A DNA stretch of 64,000 nt, from positions 1 to 64,000 of the forward strand of contig JBBDYA010000120.1 of NCBI GenBank assembly GCA_040902005.1, written 5' to 3'. Source of the stretch: Gemmatimonadaceae bacterium. Its GTDB lineage: Bacteria > Gemmatimonadota > Gemmatimonadetes > Gemmatimonadales > Gemmatimonadaceae. Numbering within the stretch: position 1 is the first letter of the stretch; every line of letters starts with the position of its first letter. The translations under genes and the position numbers were made by a program. The notes beneath the pieces were generated by a model. The model ran no database searches. It was given only the letters and a program-made list of their open reading frames with translations, and was not told the DNA's origin. Shown piece by piece: positions 57,692 to 64,000 of the stretch.

Positions 57692-58261
57692 CTAGAGCCG
57701 CTGCTCCACCACCGTCCATGGCTCGACGTACGCCACGTTGCCCTCGACGATTTCGATGACGACCTCGGCTCCCGCGACACCGGCGGGACCGCGGCCGGCC
57801 TGGCCCGACTCCGCCCATTCACCGGCGGTGCACCAGTGCGCAAGGAAATCGTGCTGCCTCCCGTCGAACTCGAAAACGATCCGTCCGCTGCCCGGACCTT
57901 CCCTCCCCCCCCCCCGAATGGGCTCCACCACTCTGGCAACGTGCCCCTGGAACCGGTATCGGGGATCGTCTTCGGGATCGGTGGACGGAATCGAGGCGGA
58001 TCGCTGCACCAGCCACCACGCACCAGCGCCGGCGACCACTCCCGCGCCGAGCACCAGCGCGACTGTCGGCGGGGCGAGCTGCGTCCGGTTCGACAGGACA
58101 TAGAGCATGGCGCCCGCGACCGTGAGAAAGGCGGCCAGCGCCAGCGGCCAGCGCCGATGTGCGATGTGCACCTCATCGACGCGGCGCTGCACGCCGAACA
58201 GCATGACGCGTACGGCGAGCAGCAGCCCGCCGAAGAACGCGAGCACCGCAATGACGTTCAC
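57692..58261 (-). CDS. NfeD-like membrane protein
   Basis: Three TM helices then GHVARVVEPI...GRI.F...A...GAEVVIEIVEGNVAYVEP (NfeD C-terminal OB-like). Confidence 0.65.
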   Translation of the reverse strand: MNVIAVLAFFGGLLLAVRVMLFGVQRRVDEVHIAHRRWPLALAAFLTVAGAMLYVLSNRTQLAPPTVALVLGAGVVAGAGAWWLVQRSASIPSTDPEDDPRYRFQGHVARVVEPIRGGGREGPGSGRIVFEFDGRQHDFLAHWCTAGEWAESGQAGRGPAGVAGAEVVIEIVEGNVAYVEPWTVVEQRL

Positions 58262-59185
58262 TAGGCCCCGAGGTGGCGGCGGAAGAATTCGAGTGTCAGC
58301 GGCCATGCACGATCGGCAGCCGCGCGGTTCGCGGGGCGTCCCTCCTGTCCGCGCAGGAAGCCGTGTCCGGCGCCGTCGAAGAAGTGCACCTCGTACGGCT
58401 TGCCGAGACGCTGCATGACCGAATCTGTCGCCGGGATGCGCGCGTTGATCCGTTGGTCGTCGCCGGCATACAATCCCAGCACGGGCGAGTTGATGCTGGC
58501 GAGTCTCGTCGTGTCGGGCGACGAACCGTAGTACACGACCGCGGCGCCAAGCCCCGCGGGAGACCGCACCGCGTGCTCGAACGACGTTCCCCCTCCCCAG
58601 CAGAACCCGACGATCCCGTATCGCGGTAGCGCGGCGGGAAGCGCCATGCCGTAGCGCCCGACGGCGGCCAGCTGCCGGTGCACGTCGTCCTGGCGCAGCG
58701 TGCCGATGACCGAACGCACGGCGGCCGCGGGCATCGTGTCGCCCTCCAGCGGCACCTTTCCGGTGAGAAGGTCCACTGCGATTGCGATGTATCCGGCCGA
58801 CGCGAGCTGGTCGGCGACGCCGCGAACCCAGGTGGTGAGTCCGATGTTCTCATGCACCACGAGCACGACCGGCGCCCGCGTTGACCGCTCGGGATACACG
58901 ACGAACGTGCGCACGGTGTCGGGGCCGGCCGGCACCATCACCCACTCGCTGTGCCGGGGCGAGGCCTCGAGCCGGGCCGCGACCGTCTGCGCGCTGGGCG
59001 CGATCGCGTCGGTGGTCGTCGACCGGCTGATCAGGACCGGCTGCGCCTGCTGCGGCGCCGGCTCGGCGTGGTCGTGTTCCTCGGCGACGCGGCTGGTGGC
59101 GCCCGGGGGGGGGGGGGCCCCCCCCCCCCCCCCCTCCCAGCGCGAATGCAGCGGCAAACAGTGCGATTGCTCCACGACGTGCCAT
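58261..59185 (-). CDS. Dienelactone hydrolase family protein; apparent frameshift in the G13/C17 tract (59105-59134)
   Basis: HENIGL, GFCWGG, YYG, GAGHGF; the RBS-led signal peptide MARRGAIALFAAAFAL (ATG 59185) is in another frame. Confidence 0.85.
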
Positions 59186-59213
59186 GGTTCCTCCTGCGGT
59201 CAAGGCGGTGTGA

Positions 59214-60248
59214 TCAGGAATCGTAACCTCTCTTCTGGGCTCGCTCCATTGCGGCGTCGAAAAACCGGTAGGCACGCGCCTCCGCGTAATAGGCCGCCGT
59301 CCACGGGAACGCGCCCGACACGAAGCCCACATGGCCGCCGTGGTCGTGCACCTCGGTGGTGATGACCGGATTCCCCGCCGCGACCCTGGCGGCCGTGTCG
59401 AGCGCGGCGGCGGGAAGGAAGGGATCGTCGCGCGCCGAGAGCAGGAGCGTGGGCACCCGGATGTCGGTCAGGAAATGCACGGAGCTGGACCGTACGTAAT
59501 AGTCGTGGGCGCTGGCGAACCCGTGCACCGGCGCCGTGACCGCGTCGTCGAATTCGATCACCGACGTCGCCCGCGCCAGCTTCTCGCGATCGAACAGGTC
59601 GGGATATCGCACCAGCTTTGCGAGCGCCTTGCGCCGCAACGAGGTCAGGAAGCGGCGATCGTACACGCGAGCGAAGCCGCGCGAAATCTCGTGCGCGCCG
59701 GCCTCGAGGTCGAATGGCGCCGAGACCGCGGCGGCCGCGCAAATGCGCGAGTCAATGTCCTTCCCGCGCTCCCCCAGCCACTTGAGGAGCATGTTCCCGC
59801 CGAGGGAGACACCAGCGAGCAACCACCGGCTCGACGGCGACCGCGCCGCGAGTACGCTGAACGCGAACGCCAGGTCGGTGGTTTCCCCGGAATGGTAGAA
59901 GCGACGGGCCAGGTTGGGCGCCGATCCGCATCCGCGGTGGACCAGCAGCGACGCGCCCCACCCGCGTTGGTGTGCATGGGAGAACACGCCGCCCACGTAG
60001 TGCGAGCGAACCGACCCCTCGAGCCCGTGCAGCAGGAGCACGCGTGGCGCGTCGGCATCGCCCGCGATGGAATGGATCTCGAGATTGTCGCCGTCGGGTG
60101 TGGTGTGACACTCCGTGGAAATGGAAAGGCGGGGGTACCGTTTCGCGTACCGACCCCAGATGGTCTGCGCGTGCGCGCCCGGTAGCCACCACGCGGCGCG
60201 GTACCTATGTTCGCCGTCGCCCACCCCCGACCGACGTACGGGCATCAC
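59214..60248 (-). CDS. YheT-like alpha/beta hydrolase
   Basis: HAQTIW, LHGLEGS, YHSGET.D, GVSLGGN, DDPF, GGHVGF. Confidence 0.9.
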   Translation of the reverse strand: MMPVRRSGVGDGEHRYRAAWWLPGAHAQTIWGRYAKRYPRLSISTECHTTPDGDNLEIHSIAGDADAPRVLLLHGLEGSVRSHYVGGVFSHAHQRGWGASLLVHRGCGSAPNLARRFYHSGETTDLAFAFSVLAARSPSSRWLLAGVSLGGNMLLKWLGERGKDIDSRICAAAAVSAPFDLEAGAHEISRGFARVYDRRFLTSLRRKALAKLVRYPDLFDREKLARATSVIEFDDAVTAPVHGFASAHDYYVRSSSVHFLTDIRVPTLLLSARDDPFLPAAALDTAARVAAGNPVITTEVHDHGGHVGFVSGAFPWTAAYYAEARAYRFFDAAMERAQKRGYDS

Positions 60249-60271
60249 TGGACGTTCAACGGAATGCGGGA

Positions 60272-60625
60272 ATGGAAGTGCAGATCTTTGGCGTCAGGAA
60301 GAGCGCCGACACGCGAAAGGCGCAGCGATTTTTCGCCGAGCGTCGCATTCGGACCCACTTCGTGGACCTTCACGAACGTGACATTTCCGACGGTGAGCTG
60401 CAGCGGTTCATTCAGAAGTTCGGTGTGGAGGCGCTTGTGGATCGTGAGTCCAGCCGGTTCGATGAGCTGGGCATGCGCCACGCGCAGATTACGAGCTCGC
60501 GCTGGATCGAGAAGCTGTTGTCGGAACCCACACTGCTTCGCCTGCCCCTGGTGCGCCGGCTCGGAAAGCCAGAAGGGCTGTCCATCGGACTGGCGGAGGA
60601 AGTCTGGAAGGAGTGGGTTAGATAG
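60272..60625 (+). CDS. ArsC/Spx/YffB-like protein
   Basis: VQIFG....TRKAQRFF.E, P.LLRLPLV; lacks the N-terminal CxxC. Confidence 0.75.
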   Translation: MEVQIFGVRKSADTRKAQRFFAERRIRTHFVDLHERDISDGELQRFIQKFGVEALVDRESSRFDELGMRHAQITSSRWIEKLLSEPTLLRLPLVRRLGKPEGLSIGLAEEVWKEWVR

Positions 60626-60687
60626 GCTATAACGAGCCAATACACGGCTGATTCATATGACACTTAACGCACAGTAATCCGACAGTA

Positions 60688-61632
60688 TCAAAACTCTCCG
60701 ACGAGGCTGATCTCAACCTTCAGGTCCTGATTGAAGCGCTCCTTCACCTGGCTCTGCGCCAGTGAGATCAGGTCCATCACGTCGCGCGCGGTCGCCTGCC
60801 CAAGATTCACCAGGATGTTTGCGTGAATGTGTGAGATCTGCGCGTCGCCCACGCGGTGCCCCTTCAGCCCGCACTGGTCCACCAGCCGCCCGGCCCCCAC
60901 GCCTTCGATCTTCTTGAAGATCGATCCTGCGCTCGGATGCCATTCCAGCCAGGGATGCTTTCCCCCGCGCCAGCTCAGGTTCTCCTGCATGACCCGGTGC
61001 ATCACGCTGGAATCGCCGCGCGTGAGGCGGAATGTCGCTGCCAGCACCACGTCACGACGGTGGTGGAAGATCGAGTCGTCGTACCCGAACCGGACGTAGT
61101 CTGCCCCAACGGTCTTCCGCTCGCCTTCTTCCGAAAGGATTTCGCACGACTCGAACACTTCCGCGATGAACATGGTGCGTTCGCGTTCGGGCGCCGGCGA
61201 GAGAAAATGGAGGTTCTGCCAGATCGCGCCCCCCACCGTGCTCGGAATCCCCACGTAGTGCTCGAATCCCGACCAACCGAGACGGACCGCCTGCAGGATC
61301 AGGTCCTTCATGACCGCGCCACTCTCTGCCCGCGCTCGGCCGTCGTCGGAGAACTCGATGGCATTCGCGACGTTGCGAATGACCAGGCCGCGGAAACCGC
61401 GATCGCCAATCAGCACGTTGGCGCCCAGCCCCAGCACGAAATACGGAAGGGCGTGCTCGCGCGCGGCGCCTATCGCCGACGCCAGTTCGTCGGCGGACCG
61501 CGCTTCGTAATACAGGTCGGCCGGGCCGCCGATGCGGAACGTGGTAAGCGGCCCGAGCGGGACCGACCGCTCCACCCGCTCCTTGCCCAGCGCGCGTATG
61601 ACGGCATTGCTCGCCGTGGAATTGGATGTCAT
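60688..61632 (-). CDS. murB: UDP-N-acetylenolpyruvoylglucosamine reductase
   Basis: TTFRIGGPAD, LGLGANVL, GIPSTVGGAI, SAGSIFK, HANILVN. Confidence 0.93.
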   Translation of the reverse strand: MTSNSTASNAVIRALGKERVERSVPLGPLTTFRIGGPADLYYEARSADELASAIGAAREHALPYFVLGLGANVLIGDRGFRGLVIRNVANAIEFSDDGRARAESGAVMKDLILQAVRLGWSGFEHYVGIPSTVGGAIWQNLHFLSPAPERERTMFIAEVFESCEILSEEGERKTVGADYVRFGYDDSIFHHRRDVVLAATFRLTRGDSSVMHRVMQENLSWRGGKHPWLEWHPSAGSIFKKIEGVGAGRLVDQCGLKGHRVGDAQISHIHANILVNLGQATARDVMDLISLAQSQVKERFNQDLKVEISLVGEF

Positions 61633-61733
61633 TGTCGTGGAAGGAAACACGGGAACCCTACCGCCGCCACGCTGCGGCATCCCATCCAGTGGCGCGGCGA
61701 TTGCGCGAGCGAGTGCGTTGCGGGGCCCACGCC

Positions 61734-61751
61734 TTGTGAATAAATTCACAT
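61734..61751. promoter_or_regulatory. Palindromic operator (Rex- or CRP/FNR-type)
   Basis: TTGTGAA-TAAA-TTCACAT: one mismatch to Rex TTGTGAA-N4-TTCACAA and exact TGTGA-N6-TCACA. Confidence 0.7.
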
Positions 61752-61815
61752 GTTGGACGATCTCGCAGTCTCGTGGTTTGTGAACTCTCTGCAAATTCAA
61801 ATTCGGAGGCCGGCA

Positions 61816-62286
61816 ATGCGGTTCAAGGGTCTGGTGTTCGCCGCGGCGTTCGCGGGTCTGGGCGCGTGCGGTGGTGGCGACAAGGCAGGTGCGGGTGACA
61901 CGACGGGCGGCACTGCCTCGCCCGCGGGCGGCGCGGTGACGGCGGCGCCGGCGACGGGCACGGTGCACGAAGTACGGATGCTCGGCGATGAGCGTGGCTA
62001 TCGCTACGATCCCGTCGATATCACGATCAAGCAGGGCGATGCGATCAAGTGGATCATGATCTCCGGCGCCCCGCACAACGTGGCCTTCACGAACGTTGCG
62101 GCGGATGCGCGGGCGCAGCTGTCGGCCAACATGCCGAATCAGCTGTCGGACCTTTCCAGCCCGATGTTGCTCAATCTCAACGAGTCGTACGAAGTCTCGT
62201 TCGCCGGCGTGAAGCCCGGGAAGTACGAGTACATCTGCACGCCGCACCTCGCGAACAACATGCGCGCGTCCGTCACGGTTCAGTAG
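61816..62286 (+). CDS. Plastocyanin/azurin-family blue copper lipoprotein
   Basis: Lipobox LGAC, PHNV, YEYICTPH....M type-1 copper ligands; GGAGG RBS. Confidence 0.92.
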   Translation: MRFKGLVFAAAFAGLGACGGGDKAGAGDTTGGTASPAGGAVTAAPATGTVHEVRMLGDERGYRYDPVDITIKQGDAIKWIMISGAPHNVAFTNVAADARAQLSANMPNQLSDLSSPMLLNLNESYEVSFAGVKPGKYEYICTPHLANNMRASVTVQ

Positions 62287-62311
62287 TCCCGGCGGCACGT
62301 GGAACAGCATG

Positions 62312-62337
62312 GGCGGGCGCACTCGCGCCCGCCTTTT
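62312..62337 (+). terminator. Intrinsic terminator after the blue copper protein gene
   Basis: GGCGGGCGC-ACTC-GCGCCCGCC-TTTT. Confidence 0.75.
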
Positions 62338-62352
62338 GCATTCCCGGGAGGC

Positions 62353-64000
62353 GTGCAATCGAAGCCGACCCCCCCCCCTGCCGACGATACCAGGGAGTCA
62401 GTCAGGGATCTGCGCCGGGCAATTTCCCGCCAGGCCTGGATGACGAACCGCGCCCGCAACGCCATGAACCGGCCGGCATTCATCGGCGCCATCAGCGTGG
62501 GGACTTTCGTGACCGCGCTGGTCTCGATGGTGATCGTGCCGCGAGCGCAGCAGCGTGAGGCCGTGCCGATCCCGACCGTGACACGGCCGGATACGTTGTC
62601 ACTCGCGGTGACGGCGGCCATGGCGCGCGTTCAGTTCGCTTCGGCCGACTCCGCCCTCACCGCGGTTCGGATGGACGCTCAGGCGCAGGCCGCGTGGATC
62701 GACGCTGAGTTGGCGCGGGTGGTGGTGGACACGCTGGCCGAGGCGCGGCGGGACTCGCTGGCGGTTCGCCTGCGCGCGCTGGACATGATGGTTGCGCGAG
62801 CGGAACAGGCGCCACTGGCATCGTCGTATCGCGCGCTCGCGGAGATGCCCGCCCTGCGGAACGACAGCCGCGTTCTCGCCCTGCTGGACTCCCTGTCGGA
62901 CGTCGAACGCGAGCGCGACGGCTTCGGGGCGGTCGGCGGCGTGGATCCGATCTTCGTGGCGCTCACGTCGCGGGCGAACGAGATCGGCCGCACCATTCAA
63001 GGTGTTGCGAACCAGCGACGCGGTGCGCTGCGCGCCGAGATTGCCCGACTGGAGGCGCCGCCTACCGTGGTCGAGATGCCAGTGATCGACAGCGCGTCGC
63101 ACCTCGCCGCCCGGGATTCCGCGCGCGCCACACTCGATGCGTCGCTCCAGGAGCTGGTGCGTCTCCGGGTGGTTTCGCGCACCCTCGATCTCGAGGAACA
63201 ACGCGCGCGCGAACAGGCCTCCGCGATCGCACCGCCCGTGGCCCTGCTGGCCGCCGCTTTTGTCCTGAGCGCGGTGTTCGGATTCGGGACTGCGCTGATG
63301 CGCGAACTGCGGCGCCCGCGCGTGTCTACCGCGCACGAGCTGGAGCGGTTTCTCGGCGTGCGCGTGCTCTCCACCGTGGAACCGCCGATGCCCAGCGCGG
63401 AGCGGGGACGCCGCCAGGCGGATCGTGCCGCGCCACCCTACTTCGATCCGGCGGCCGAAGGCTACCAGCTCGCGTACCTGGCGCTGGCGACGGAACACCC
63501 CGCGTTGCTCGCGGTGACGGTCAGTGGTGACGATCCCGCGATTGCCGCGGTGGTCGCGTGCAATCTTGCGGCGGTGGCGGTTGACGAGGCGCGCACCACG
63601 CTCGTGATCGATCTCGAGCCGACCGGTCGCGCTGCCGCGGCGCTGCGGTCGCGATCGGAGCCGGGGATCACCGACATCCTGAGGCAGGACGCCACCTGGC
63701 CAGACGCCACGGTCGAGGCGAGCGTTGGGCGCGACAAGTCCGTCGCGCTCGTGCCGTTCGGCGGTGGCCCGCCTGCGTCCGTCCAGGAGATCGCCACGCT
63801 GCTGACGCGGGATGCCAGCAGGATGGCGCGGTACTACGACGCGGTGGTCGCGGTCGCGGCGTCCGATGCGGTCGGCGCGGGACTCGCCGCTGCGCTTCCC
63901 TCTCCCGAGGTGGTGTACTGTGCCCAGCCGGGCATCACGCCACTGCGGGAATTGCGCGACCTGCTCGAACGCATTCGCGCGACGGGGGGCGTGGTGCGAG
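62353..64000 (+). CDS. Wzc/polysaccharide co-polymerase-like protein with degenerate kinase domain (runs off the window; absent from the ORF track)
   Basis: Open frame from GTG 62353 (or ATG 62440): TM, coiled coil, TM, ELERFLGVRVLS, VACNLA...TLVIDLE, PGITDIL, YDAVV. Confidence 0.7.
   Translation, partial: MQSKPTPPPADDTRESVRDLRRAISRQAWMTNRARNAMNRPAFIGAISVGTFVTALVSMVIVPRAQQREAVPIPTVTRPDTLSLAVTAAMARVQFASADSALTAVRMDAQAQAAWIDAELARVVVDTLAEARRDSLAVRLRALDMMVARAEQAPLASSYRALAEMPALRNDSRVLALLDSLSDVERERDGFGAVGGVDPIFVALTSRANEIGRTIQGVANQRRGALRAEIARLEAPPTVVEMPVIDSASHLAARDSARATLDASLQELVRLRVVSRTLDLEEQRAREQASAIAPPVALLAAAFVLSAVFGFGTALMRELRRPRVSTAHELERFLGVRVLSTVEPPMPSAERGRRQADRAAPPYFDPAAEGYQLAYLALATEHPALLAVTVSGDDPAIAAVVACNLAAVAVDEARTTLVIDLEPTGRAAAALRSRSEPGITDILRQDATWPDATVEASVGRDKSVALVPFGGGPPASVQEIATLLTRDASRMARYYDAVVAVAASDAVGAGLAAALPSPEVVYCAQPGITPLRELRDLLERIRATGGVVR

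Noticed and set aside
62291..62306. parS site (CACGTGGAACA); also CGCCACGTGGCG at the parA start and CTCCACATGGAG in oriC
   Set aside because: Only half or core matches to TGTTNCACGTGNAACA; no full parS found by eye.

Overview
High-GC bacterial chromosome segment spanning the replication origin. Gene content and style suggest Gemmatimonadota (inference, not verified). Core: mnmE-MBL-yidC-yidD-rnpA-rpmH <> dnaA-oriC (DnaA box plus DnaA-trios)-dnaN >< rnpB, with mnmG-SIMPL-LAGLIDADG-like-parA-parB-BMP/ABC on the right. The rest is mostly housekeeping genes (mutS, holA, polA, ddl, murB, pyrE, upp, queF), tRNA-Phe, an Oar-like TonB-dependent receptor, two sensor kinases and an ECF sigma/anti-sigma pair. 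No CRISPR array, transposase, integrase or prophage was seen. Most notable unexplained signals: (1) a dispersed ~110-nt long-hairpin element in three copies (1-99, 11250-11358, 25384-25497) with an invariant core and compensatory stem changes, plus a related core-less copy at 54.2-54.35 kb; (2) directly beside that copy, a free-standing single-motif LAGLIDADG-like gene in front of parA; (3) a QueE-like protein lacking the radical-SAM cysteines, near a QueF with an active-site-loop insertion and a candidate three-hairpin sRNA; (4) gene-oriented ATCCGCG tandem arrays and a ~140-nt structured element before polA. Several long G/C homopolymers and one in-frame TAG are probably sequence errors.
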